The notes: generated by a model not told the origin, from the sequence alone. A stretch of DNA of 64,000 nucleotides from Balanoglossus misakiensis (GCA_040954595.2 CM082595.2:5296137-5360136), one strand, 5' to 3'. Counted from the first letter of the stretch, positions 1-11,499 are shown. Numbers and translations are program-made.

Positions 1-3000
1 GAAGTTGAGAGTCTTATCAGAGCTGGGCTTCGAAATCCTGTCAGGGTTGCTGTGAAGGAAAAACAGGCACAGTCTCAGGTGAGAATGGAGTGTTTTCTGA
101 ATTACACTTACATGGTTTAGTTGAAAGCTGCCAATCTTCTAGTGGAAGATGATACCACTAGAGGGAGCAATAACTCTCTGAGACCTGGGGAATGTTGTTG
201 TGGTCTATTGTTGTCTTTTTAGATGAGAAATTACATTAAAGTGAAGGGGTCGTCGCGCCGCATTTGTTTATAAACATTACAATTCATCCACAACAAATTA
301 GATCATTCTTAGAATGAACGAAGCAGCCAACTGCAGTGTAGACTGGGCATGGCAGCAACTGAAGATCCTAGTAGGTCGTGGCGACTGCAGTGGGGTTTGC
401 GCTGATATTGGAGGGCATATTCTCATCAAGGGGGACACCCTCGCGGTGCGACGACCCCTTCCCTTTAACTGATTCCTGCAGTGAATATGGTGTGTATAAC
501 TCAATGCTAAGATATCATTGTTTTTCAGGTTGTTCAGAAAACACCATCATCATTAAACAATTACTACTGGGTAAGTTGATAATCATATTGATAAATATTG
601 GATTTTTATTTCTCTATAATTCTACTCACTCCACTGTCTATATTAAGACAGGTAAGTCTGAAATCACCAATGATTAAGATTAATACAAATCTCCCCAGAC
701 AAAAATATTGTTCTTCTTTGCTGATCATATCTCTTGCTACAAAGACAGAAACTAACCATTCACCTCTTCGTTCTTATCAGGTATGTGAAATAGAAGAAAA
801 GTTTAATTTCCTCGTAGCCTTTTTGAAAAAGCACAAGGTGGGTGTAAAAGCATTGTCAAATATCTGTGGTCTTTGTTAATTTGGAATTTGCAGTTGATAA
901 CCTGGACAAAATATCTGAAAAATATAAAGAATTAAACTTTCCTATCTTTACCACAGGCAAGTAAACACATAGTCTTCTTCAGTACCTGTGCGTGTGTGGA
1001 ATACTTCTCACAAGCCCTCATAGAATTCCTAAAACACACAACAGTACTCAGTCTACATGGCAAAATGAAATCGAAACGACACAAGATTTTTGACAAGTTC
1101 AGAACATTAGACAGGTGAGATTAATTGTTCTCAGAAATAATAAGTTAAAATGCATGTTTGCTTGTGTTTATGTGGAGTAACAATTTAGTTTTAACATTTC
1201 CTGGAAGTAGTGATTTTCTCAAACAAATTTTATAGATATCCATAGAATTCTGATAGCTGATTGAGTGTACATTTTGTTTTTACAGCGGTGTTTTAGTGTG
1301 TACAGATGTAATGGCACGTGGAGTTGACATTCCTGATGTTGATTGGGTGTTGCAGTATGACCCGCCAACATCAGCCAGGTGAGCCAAATCAACATGCAAA
1401 TTCCTAATTCAGTTCAAAAGTTTTTTAAAAGTGTACAATTTTTTGTTAATCTCAGAAAGCTAACCTTTTCGTCCTGACATCTTTAGCTACACTGAAGTTG
1501 AGTAAAATTCATTCTTTGCCTTCAATACAACTCTTTCTCACATATCCATATTTTTCTCCATCTTTTCAACCCCTCCCCCTCTTCCCCTCCCCCTACCTCT
1601 ACCCCTCCCCCTCCATCTTATTTTCCATTTCAGTGCCTTTGTACATCGCTGTGGTCGCACTGCAAGGATAGGTAACATAGGCAACGCATTAGTTCTCCTG
1701 GCACCCAACGAAGACACATACGTGGAATTCATTGCAATCAACCAGAAGGTAAAATGAACAGTGACTGTAGTCAATTTTATTTGTGTCAAAGGAGTTTAGC
1801 TTTGAAATCAGTGCATAGGATCGCACAGACTATTACCACAGTAGGTTTAATTTTACATGCAAACTTCAAATGGCCAGAATTTATCAGTCAACTCTGTGCT
1901 ATTTTGTAGGTTCCACTTCAAGTGTTTACAGACGCCGAAGACATACAGCCAGCGAATGTCTTACAGAAACTTAAGAAGATGGCCATGAAGGACAGGTGAG
2001 AGACAGTTGCCTTGACTAGTTATGCAAGAATACCAAGTGCTGAGGCTGTGAGTCACACACAAAAGTTATGAGCCACTGATGAAATAAAAGACAATGCATA
2101 CAAATGTACATGTATTACAGTTATGGCAGTGTGATCATACATTTTGGTGAGAACCCCTTAACCCTTTCACCCCTGTTTCCGTTTTTATCGGTCCAACCTT
2201 ACCATAGAAAACAATGGGTTTGGACTGAACCACTGTGGTGAAAGGGTTAAAGTCTGCTGCAGAAACTCTCAAATATGATTTTGAAACCTGTATGGCAGCA
2301 CACCTGTGAACAATCTACATGGATTCAACCAACCATGATTTTTTTGTTCTTCTTCCAGGGCTGTGTTTGAAAAAGGCATGCGGGCGTTTGTCTCTTTCGT
2401 GCAGTCTTATTCCAAACACGAATGCAGTCTAATATTGAGATTAAAAGGTAAGTACACAAAGGAAACTAACCTTTCACCCCCATTGACCGTTCCAGAGGTT
2501 GTCCCCCCAGAAACCCTGCTTGTGATGATGTACATGGCTTTAGTTTTCTGTTGATGGTGTTTATTGTGACACCAAAGTCTTGTGTGTAAACTGGGAAGCA
2601 TATTGCTATACACCCATGCAATCAGACATTTTTGAAAGGAAAGAATACTATTTTTTTTCACAAAACCAATTGAAGGAACTGTAGATATAGCCAATTCTCA
2701 TATACCTTAATATTTCTTACAAGAAAATACACTAACTTTGGTCTCCAAGAACATCTCGTATGATGCTTTGTTTTTTTCATGTTGACTGATATTTATTTCT
2801 TCTTTCAGATCTGAATTTCGGCAAGCTTGCACAAGGCTTTGCACTGTTAAAACTTCCCAAGATGCCGGAACTTCAAGGGAAAAAGATAGCAGGTTTTACA
2901 GCTGTGCAGATGGATTACAATGCTCTCAAATACAGGTGGGTCAGAGGGACACTTATGGGAGATTGAAGTTTGTTATCATTACGCGTTGCAAGCGTTGTTT

Positions 3001-4586
3001 CTGAAGTTACAGGAAAAAAAACACTGAAACAGTTTCGTCTGTTAGACTATGAATGTATGCAAATGCTCTCAGTTGTACAAATCAACAATGCAAACTCTGT
3101 ATCACTTGCGGGGAACAAGAATGGCTCCTTGAAATACGATACAGACATGATTGTATTCACTGCAGCCAGGTTATCACATATTCCACAAGCATAGAACATG
3201 TACATCAATTCTGGTCGCCCTCCTCCATACCTATAATCAACATTGTTAATGATTGAAATGATAATTACTTGTTTTGAATAAACAAAAAATCAATGCATAG
3301 AAGTAAAATTTGTGAATATTAGGATGGAATTATTTTATTTTTTCTCCCAAATTTGATTTCAGGGACAAATCAAGAGAAAAACACAGACAGGTCAAATTAT
3401 CAGCTCGACAGAGTACCACAACACCGAGATACAGAGACAAGGTGAGTGATCCATTTTGCATTAAAAAAAATTGTCAGAATATGTTTGGAAGGTGACCGTC
3501 CATCCATTTAATTAACCCTTTCACCCCTGTTCCCTCTTTGGAGGCCAAACCTTACCGTAGAAAACAATGGGTTTGGACTGAACCATGGTGGTGAAAGGGT
3601 TAACAAGATTGAGTTGTAAGTCTCTTGTCCAAACCATTCAGTAACTGTGCAGACAGTGGCAGTTGATCACTGTTGGTATCCCTAGTCTGGTGTCAGGGAT
3701 GAATAGCTTATCAGATAGGTCATTTATTGACTTGTAACTGTCTTCTCATCCTGTATCAGGGCAACGATTCCTGGTCCAAGCAGAAAGAGAGGAAACAGAA
3801 GAAAGCTGACAGAAGATTGCAGAAGGAGAAAGCAAGGAAGAGGAAACACCAGGTACTAAGTTATTTTCGTTTACGAAGTGCCAGAGATAACTATGGCCAC
3901 CAACAGTGTCAAGCATATGAACAATTTGCATCGAAATTCCATACACTGAGCAGGACATTATTTCTGATGCTAGTCATTGCAACAAAAGATATGCCAATTT
4001 TATTTTTTCTGAGTTTTCTGTGGTGCATTGTCATATACAGCAACCGTGCATTGTGGGTACAAATGATGCATTCTGGGATTGTAAAACTCTGTTTTGCATT
4101 TTCAGTTTAACCAGGAAGATATTGAAGATCTTTCCAAGGATATTAGATTAATGAAGAAGTTTAAAACAGGAAAGGTAATTATGCTAATGTAATATATTCA
4201 TATGCTAATGTCATATATTCATATGCTAATGTTATATATTCATATGCTAATGTCATATATTCATATTCTCTGGTCACAGAGGTATACATTTTTCTGCTGT
4301 CTTTCTAAGGGGCCATATAATTCACGCCAAAGACAGTCCATGTTTTTAAGTGAACCAAATATTTTAGTGATTCATTTGTCTGATGGAGAATATGCATCTG
4401 AGAGCTTGGCTTAATTATTGGTGATTTTGAAAGTCATGTACATTGATCAAAAACTTTGAAAGGAACAGTGTATTTGCAAAATATTTGTTAGAAAATGTTT
4501 ATCCATTTTCTCACAGCTGTTTAAATTTGACAACTGTTTTGTTTCAGATTTCCAAAGAAGAGTTCGATGAGGAGTTTGAAGACTGA
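1..4586 (+). CDS. DDX55: ATP-dependent DEAD-box RNA helicase DDX55 (Spb4 orthologue), 3' part; 13 coding exons in window, 5' end lies upstream
   Basis: Exons joined by hand at GT-AG sites with consistent phases: <1-78, 529-570, 781-837, 957-1114, 1286-1378, 1634-1748, 1910-1995, 2359-2447, 2809-2935, 3363-3441, 3760-3852, 4106-4174, 4548-4586 (TGA). Translation includes [57 protein letters not shown] (motif V), [12 protein letters not shown] (motif VI), [33 protein letters not shown] and [19 protein letters not shown], matching the DDX55/Spb4 helicase C-terminal domain and tail. Confidence 0.95.
236..468. mobile_element. Non-autonomous MITE, TTAA-flanked, Kolobok/T2-like termini, in DDX55 intron
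   Basis: Left end TTAA-AGTGAAGGGGTCGTCGCGCCGC; reverse complement of right end TTAA-AGGGAAGGGGTCGTCGCACCGC (22-bp TIR, 2 mismatches). Superfamily inferred from TTAA target plus AG/GG termini. Confidence 0.8.
2158..2250 (+). mobile_element. ~90-bp mini-MITE with piggyBac-like TTAA-CCC...GGG-TTAA ends (copy 1)
   Basis: TTAACCCTTTCACC...GGTGAAAGGGTTAA; near-identical to 3512-3603. Confidence 0.8.
3512..3603 (+). mobile_element. ~90-bp piggyBac-like mini-MITE (copy 2)
   Basis: Same TIRs and internal AACCTTACC.TAGAAAACAATGGGTTTGGACTGAACCA as 2158-2250. Confidence 0.8.
4180..4263. repeat. Tandem repeat, 4 x 21 bp (TATGCTAATGTnATATATTCA), in last DDX55 intron
   Basis: Four consecutive units read directly, starting 5 nt after the donor GT. 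Confidence 0.9.
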
Positions 4587-4728
4587 GGTTTTCGCAAAAC
4601 TTGAGACGATCCATTCAGTGAGGTTTTCTCTCCAAGCCACATGTAATATGTTTCTTTCAAGACGCTTCATTCACATGTATCCTTAAAGTGCTGTTATGTT
4701 TTGTTTTTATCATTCAATCAAAAATTGA

Positions 4729-4734
4729 AATAAA
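4729..4734 (+). terminator. Candidate polyadenylation signal of DDX55
   Basis: AATAAA ~140 nt after the stop codon, followed by T-rich sequence; a second AATAAA lies at 4929-4934. Confidence 0.55.
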
Positions 4735-4780
4735 TTTTATAAACTACTGTAATCCATTGTACATTTATAAATAATGAATC

Positions 4781-4788
4781 TTTTTTTT

Positions 4789-4844
<56 letters not shown>

Positions 4845-4845
4845 T
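4781..4845. repeat. (TTTC)n microsatellite
   Basis: Direct reading. Confidence 0.95.
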
Positions 4846-6735
4846 ACTCGTTTATTCTGTACAGAAGTTATTTTCATTCTGTGACAGTACTTTCATAACA
4901 TATTCAGTCTTCTGTTTTTATTCTTGTGAATAAACTGAACAGTATTTGTATATCAAGAAATATTTTTTTCAAAGCATTTTACTACTAAGCTGTTTAGTTT
5001 GATTACAAAATAATAGTGTTTGAACTATTTTTTTAATACTTTTAAAGACCTGTATTAAGGGGAAAACCGCATGGTCAGCATTTTTTTTCTTCAGCCGACA
5101 TAACAATCACTACCTTCAATAGGGTTTTTCTCCCTAGGTGAGTGATAAAAAATCCCACATGGTCGACACAATTTCAAGATGGCCGATTTTTGCCATGTTT
5201 AAATTGGGAGTTTATAAGCTTAAGTGATATTCGGTCATTCTGCGATGGAGCTTGTGCGCATGTGCGATTGAACTGCGAAGGCGAGTTCGAAATTCAACCG
5301 GCTGTTGTTCGTGTTCATAAAAGTCATCATCAATCATGACTGGAAGATTGAGTTTCCTTTGTTTTGGGTCATCAAAGGACAGTGGGGTCATGCGTTGCCT
5401 AGCGACGCAAGTCTGTGAACTGATGACAAGTGTACGAAGAGACTGGTTTTTATAGGGTTTGAACTCGGGGCCCTATCTCTGAGCAATTCACGTAATATAC
5501 GAAATCTAATACACAAAACACGAGTCATACGCCAGACTGCACCAAGAAACTTGTTTTGTGAATAAAAACGTGAAGAAATTTACGCGAACTCAGCTGACCC
5601 AAGAGTCGTATTCGTAATCGGCCATGCATCAGAAATCCATCAGTCCTGGGGCGGCCAGCGTATCTCTGAACACAGGTCAAAATATTGTCTCCTTCATTTC
5701 AACGAACCTTTGTAACTGTACGATGCAATTCTTGGAATTTTGTTTGGAGTTCCGACGGACCGGGAGCTTACAAGTAAAAATAGAATTCGGCCAAAATAAG
5801 ATTAGAATTTCATTCCTGCGTTTCAGATGGTCGACTTTCCAAGAAGGTTACGGGCCCCTAGCGAGGCGCTGAATATTACGTTTTGGAAAAATATATCAAG
5901 TTATGTTGTTTTTTTCCCTATTCTCCAAAACTAATTACTAGTATAAGTTTCATTTCGTGTAAAATAACGAGACCCTATGTGATCTCTTGGTCCTTGGAGA
6001 TGCGTGTATTACATATGTACGTTGTATTTGTGTTGTGCAACTGACAGGTCCTCAATATTGATGAAGAATCACATTGATAATTGCGCGCATTTGGCATAGA
6101 TTTTGTTCACCATTCGGGATTTCCATAGGGTTGGGTATTTAGGCAAGTAGACTAAGTTTTAATTACCGACAATATTCATTTTTTCCGAATTAATTATTAA
6201 TCACATTAAAATGGTTATTTGTTAATTTATAGTGAGTATATGCAACAGGAGATGGTATGGATAATTACTTAGTTTCGTTGAGTCCTTCACTGCCTCATTA
6301 CGTTGAACATGCATGAAAAGGGGTCCGTCCTTGTGGCATATTAGTAACTTTTACGCAGCGTGTTATATCTTTTATTCCCTCTTTACTGTCCCATTGCGTT
6401 GGACAGTCAAGAAAAAATAGTTCGCTCCAGTTTAGCAACAGATTCCGCTGCGAGCTGCCAGCGTTGTTATCTGATATTTGCTGCCCCGCTGTGTCATCTC
6501 CGTGTCGTTGCTCCAGAAAGGAAAACTGAGCTTCTAAGTTTTGCCTAAAAGAAGTCGATACGCCGTATCGCTATGCAATAGCCTGGTTGGTTGGTGGGTG
6601 TAACATTACCAACTTTGGTGTACCCAACTCGAAATACTTCCAGCGACTGTAAAATTTCGCAATTATGAATCGACAGCAAGATAAAGGGCTATTTAAAGTA
6701 ATACTGCGGTCCAGCCGCTCCTCGCTGGCATAGCA

Positions 6736-6743
6736 TATAAATA
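6736..6743 (+). promoter_or_regulatory. Candidate TATA box of the RING-NHL gene
   Basis: TATAAATA ~40 nt upstream of ATG 6784. Confidence 0.4.
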
Positions 6744-6783
6744 GTATTCATATTTTCTGACAAGACCGAACTGCGCATACGCG

Positions 6784-8106
6784 ATGGCTGCTTCAGAAAT
6801 TGTGGATGATATTGGTGAAGATTTCCTGTGCTGTGATATCTGTCAGGAGCGGTTAAAGTCTCCTAAAGTTCTGTCATGTCTGCATGTATTCTGCGAGAAG
6901 TGTTTGGTCACAGTGGGGGAGACGGAGGGGTCTCCTGAGTGCCCAGAATGCGGACAGACGCGCCAGTCCGGCATCTCAGAGAGCTCCGTTGAAAACATTC
7001 CTGAACGTACTGTGAACGGCGACTCCAGCCCCGCAGACCTGCTCACCACAACCAGTGAATCCGCAGGCAATCCCGACGTGGTACCACAGCCGCAGGTCGA
7101 AGCCAAGGCGATTAAAAAGCCTCGTGTCCTGTGGGCAGACGCGACTGCGGGAGATAACGGAGATGGCACGCGCGCGGAGATGTTGCCAGGGCAATCGGAT
7201 GGTGATCATCAAGTTTCCATGGCGACACAGCCGATACCGGGCTCTCCCGACACGCCCGTCTTCGAGTTCACGCGATTGGAGAAGACTTTCGGCAGCAAAG
7301 GAACCGCCGAGGGTGAGTACAACAAGCCCACCGGGGTCGCCATCAACAAAAGCGGAGATATTGTCGCCGCTGATTTGCTGAATCACAGAATACAGGTGAT
7401 AACACGAGAGGGCACGGTGAGAAAATCCGTGCGATTCGCGTGTATAACTCAGTTTGCTTTCACGCCAATAGACTTGGCAATATCCAGCGACAATGCATAC
7501 TTCAGCCTGGACGGTGCCAATAACCAGGTGGTTGTCAGTGGTGACAACGGGCGCATCATCAGATGCTTCGGGCGGGATGAGCTGGTAGAGCCGTATGGGA
7601 TAGCGATCAGCCCCGTCAACGGCGATGTCTACGTGACAGACCTGAACTTGAACGTGCCTCGCGTCAGGATTTACACGCGCCAAGGTGAGTACGTGCGGTC
7701 GTTCGGGGCGAGGGGTGCAGGCGACGACAGGCTCATGATCCCGTGGGGCATAGCGGTGGGGAGCGACGGAATAGTCTATGTACTGGACACATTCCACGGC
7801 CAGATCAAAGTCTTCAGCGCGGATGACCAGCACCTGTTCTCCTTCGGCCACTCCGGCCCCGGTCAGCTGAAGTTGCCCAAGGGAATCGCCGCCGAGGGCG
7901 ACAAGTACGTGTATGTGAGTGACCGAAACCGGGTGCAGAAGTTTGAGAGCCGCGGCGGTCAGTTCGTGTGTCGTATTGACAGTGACGGGGATGGGTTGAA
8001 CAAGCCCGTCGGTCTGGCACTGACGGACGACGCACCTTGCAAGGTGGTTGTGGCCGATTCCGAAAACCACTGCATCAAAGTTTTTGTGCAACCACCAGAA
8101 ATGTGA
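6784..8106 (+). CDS. RING-finger + NHL-repeat protein (TRIM2/TRIM3/TRIM71-like E3 ubiquitin ligase without B-box/coiled-coil), single coding exon
   Basis: 440-aa ORF with GC content well above its flanks. N-terminal C3HC4 RING (FLCCDICQERLKSPKVLSCLHVFCEKCL...CPEC), an acidic Ser/Pro-rich linker, then ~6 NHL repeats (FGSKGTAEGEYNKPTGVAINKSGDIVAADLLNHRIQV; PYGIAI; PWGIAV; PKGIAA; PVGLAL...VVADSENHCIKVF). Confidence 0.92.
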   Translation: MAASEIVDDIGEDFLCCDICQERLKSPKVLSCLHVFCEKCLVTVGETEGSPECPECGQTRQSGISESSVENIPERTVNGDSSPADLLTTTSESAGNPDVVPQPQVEAKAIKKPRVLWADATAGDNGDGTRAEMLPGQSDGDHQVSMATQPIPGSPDTPVFEFTRLEKTFGSKGTAEGEYNKPTGVAINKSGDIVAADLLNHRIQVITREGTVRKSVRFACITQFAFTPIDLAISSDNAYFSLDGANNQVVVSGDNGRIIRCFGRDELVEPYGIAISPVNGDVYVTDLNLNVPRVRIYTRQGEYVRSFGARGAGDDRLMIPWGIAVGSDGIVYVLDTFHGQIKVFSADDQHLFSFGHSGPGQLKLPKGIAAEGDKYVYVSDRNRVQKFESRGGQFVCRIDSDGDGLNKPVGLALTDDAPCKVVVADSENHCIKVFVQPPEM

Positions 8107-10828
8107 ACCACACAGATAGAGTGGTAGTTCTCACATCCAAGGGTAGTCAAGAACCTAGCCTTCGTGTATTTTCTTTGCTTTTTATCAGTGAGTGAGTTTG
8201 AGTGAGCAAAAGCGAAAGAAAAACTCGAAGGCTAAGGTCTAGACTAATCCAAGGGACATTCACCCCTTCTTTACTGCTATTCATATTTAAAAGGCTCGAT
8301 CTGGTTCACCTGGTGACCATCTGGTGGCATACTCTTCTGCGATTGGCCAGATCCCAACTTTCCATGTTAACTTGTAGCGTAATTTGCATAGGTGACCGTG
8401 ACAGGTGGTCATATTGTCTGTTCGTTTGCATGCTACAAACCCTATTCATTTCCTGCAAATTCTGTTGATTTCTGTGAATCGACATTCATGAAAGGTCAAA
8501 GCAAAATTATTTTTTCGACAATGATCAAGAATTTTCCGAGTTCTGTGAACTTCATTCAGTATACATCTGTTCTGAAGTGTAGTAATAATTTAGTTGTTAA
8601 CAAGTTAGAAAAAATTTAAAGCTCATATTTTCATAAAATCTTCTGTGCTTTTATACAAGTTTGGAGGAACTTCCTCGAAAGAAAATTGTCTGTGAAAGGA
8701 CGGAAGGTTGTCTGAGATGTGATTTCGGAGGGCGACATCTAGTGACAAGTCCTGAGATTCTTTCAGTTCCAGGTCTCATATTTGTGGTATCAAATTTACA
8801 ACTGATTTTAACACGACGAGGAATCTTGTTTTGTATTTTACATTTCATTGCGTTTGAATTAACTGATACAATTTGGATAATTGTCACTGATTTAAATGAG
8901 TAAAATTTGCTAGTTTTTAAATTTTCATATACATGTACAAGTCACGCAACATTCTCTCTTATATAAGTCATAAGAGTATGTTTTACATGACTCTAATACA
9001 TTTCGTAAGGCAACTTTTTATCATCTCCCACTTGGCTCGCCTGCAGATATTTTCTTCGCTGACTTGTATAAGTTGACTTGGTTATTAATTTTTCTTAAAT
9101 TCCACTAAGCAATAAAATATGTGTGATCACATGGGCATTGTCATATTGTTGTCTTATCTTCATTGTCGTAGTTGTTGTTATTGTTTTGTTGTTGTTGTTG
9201 TTGGTGGTGGTGGTACAGAATTGATTCTTTCTCCTCTCATGACCCATCTGTGCTTGCCAGGTCAAGCTTAATTCGGAGACCCCCTCTTCGGGAAAAAGGG
9301 CGTAAAAGGGCGATGGCAGGTCGACCTTAGCAACGACCCCTGTGATCGGACGATGGGAGTGACCGTGGCAATGTAAACCTGATAAGACTATGCGCTAAAT
9401 TCCATGTCTCTTGTGTTCGGATCACTGTGTGTAAATTGACTCTGGGGAAGATAAAACCTCGCGTGGAAACCTGAGAAATTGATAGGGGATTAATTGGCAA
9501 ATACATGTATTGCTATCCAATATCTGTGGATTCCATGCATCGCTGCTGCATACGAGGGAATTCTCTAAATTATGATTTCTATGGACACACACGGATCCAC
9601 AGCGGCTAGAATATTTTAACATGGTCACTCAACAAATGTGTCCGTAATTTAAAACTTCAAGAAAATTTACAGTCAGCATAATGAGCTCTCTTGACAAATA
9701 TATGATAATACATGCATGAGGATGACTTGATAAACACAAGTGCTAAGTTCAAAAAGCTGAACTATCTTATCTCTGGGATGTAAATGTCATATGCTGAAAT
9801 AAATGGCAGACGCCTATCAACCCTAAAGTGCACATGGACCTATGGGATATGTTGCTTTGTCAATAAGCGTGTTTGCTGAATATCTGTTCTGTATTTGCTG
9901 GCGGTACAGAGAAGGTTTTATTCTTATATAATATGTTTAATCTTTATACCCATGGTTAGACATTATTGTTAGTGTCTTTCACTGGACAGTCCAGCCAATC
10001 TGTGTTAATTTTCTCTGGATTTTACATGGTTTAATTCCCCCATTTACTGGTGCCATTTTCAAGGTAGGAATTCTTGATTTCTTTATCATTCTCTAATTTA
10101 AACCCCGACCCATATATGCTCAGATAAACGGTCTATTCAAACAACGCTCGGTTGGTTGGTTGACCCACGGTCACTCCACACAGGTAACCGCGGTTGGCCA
10201 TCGATGTGATGCGCGATTGGCCGGCGGAAACTGTCTTCGGGTTAGGTGGAATTTTTGAATATTTTTGGTGCATTTTTTATTTTGTTGTATTCTGCACATA
10301 GCGGAAAATGTTTCGTTGTTGTTGATAATATCAGTTTAGACTGAGCTTCTAGACTTATTTTGGGTATTTCTGAAAGCTAACGGCACAAAAGACACCGTTT
10401 AAATATTTGGGGTCGCTAGGAATGTCCAGGCATGTAAAGTCTCACACCTGTTGATTTGGCAGGCCATGGTCAATCCGTGGTTCGTGACCGAAAAGTACCT
10501 TGGAGGAACCCCGGCCACATCGTCCGCTCGCACGAGTCGTTGGCTCGACCACAGAGCAAGACCTTGGCGGGCGTAGATGCCTTTGGGAAGACACCTCGAT
10601 ATTTATACAATATGTTTTATGTGTACCATCTCTGCAATTATTTGTTTCATATTTCTGATTTGTTTGCATTCAGTTCGGAATCGTGCAGCGCCTGCAAAGT
10701 TCAAGTGCAAGGGCACCGAAAACCTTGGGATATTCTCATTGCCATTTTGGTGGGAGAGGCATATCGACACACGACGTGGACACATTGATATATTTGCGAA
10801 GGAAGGTGGCCCCCAAAACAGTTTCAAC

Positions 10829-11074
10829 ATGGCCGGAAAGGAATGGCTGTGGGCAATAGTCTGGTTGATTGTGATCATATTCCTGGCGTGGCCTATAGCT
10901 TTGTTGTTCGTCGTTCTCTACGTTCTCTGTCTGCCTTTCGGGGTCTGCATCGACGTCTTCAAGGAACTCGCTGACATGGTGCTGAAAATCGTCCAGTGGC
11001 CGGAGTGGTGTGCCCGGAAGATGGTCAAACAAGAGGGGGTAGACAGTGCTTTGGAAGAAGCGACGTCCAAGTGA
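10829..11074 (+). CDS. Uncharacterised 81-aa small membrane protein
   Basis: ATG in strong context (caacATGG); MAGKEWLWAIVWLIVIIFLAWPIALLFVVLYVLCLPFGVCIDVFKELADMVLKIVQWPEWCARKMVKQEGVDSALEEATSK*; GC-rich codon usage. Splice acceptor ends at 10673, possible upstream donor at 10184 (5' UTR intron), AATAAA at 11140-11145. The 165-aa track ORF (10577) extends into the probable intron. Confidence 0.8.
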   Translation: MAGKEWLWAIVWLIVIIFLAWPIALLFVVLYVLCLPFGVCIDVFKELADMVLKIVQWPEWCARKMVKQEGVDSALEEATSK

Positions 11075-11239
11075 ATCTCCGCTATATTAAAACGTTTGAT
11101 CTCATATCTATTAAATGCTTCGGTTTACTTGACAACGCAAATAAATTTCTAAATGTTTCCTGGACTGTTATGTAAAGTGTCGTTTGTCTAATTAAAGTTC
11201 AGCACGAAATCGTGGTTCTAGTGAATATTTATTGTCTTG

Positions 11240-11330
<91 letters not shown>
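11240..11330. repeat. (CAT)n / (ATG)n microsatellite
   Basis: ~30 perfect units; source of the poly-His pseudo-ORF 11212-11475. Confidence 0.95.
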
Positions 11331-11499
11331 GAAAAGCAGTCACTTGTGGGCTCACGACTTGGAGCCTACAAGCGCCACTGTGGTAAGAATCGTGCGGTCC
11401 TCACGGCCTCACAAACAACAATTTGTGTGTACGTGGGTAGGGGGGGGTGAGGGGGTTAGTGTTTGTGTGTTTTGATTCAGGATAAACACTCTTGGACAG

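Noticed and set aside
1538-1789. RG-repeat ORF on the minus strand
   Set aside because: Antisense to a DDX55 exon and to a C-rich intronic pyrimidine tract.
2517-2600. Possible intronic box C/D snoRNA in DDX55 (terminal stem TGCTT/AAGCA, box C GTGATGA at 2522-2528)
   Set aside because: The box D position reads CTGG, not CTGA, and the putative guide matches 18S rRNA only with several mismatches; an Infernal/snoscan hit would be needed.
6843-8150. Long antisense and alternate-frame ORFs over the RING-NHL gene (e.g. 6976-8091, 371 aa)
   Set aside because: Shadow ORFs expected from GC-rich codon usage; no recognisable motifs.
11212-11475. Poly-His ORF
   Set aside because: Translation of a (CAT)n microsatellite.
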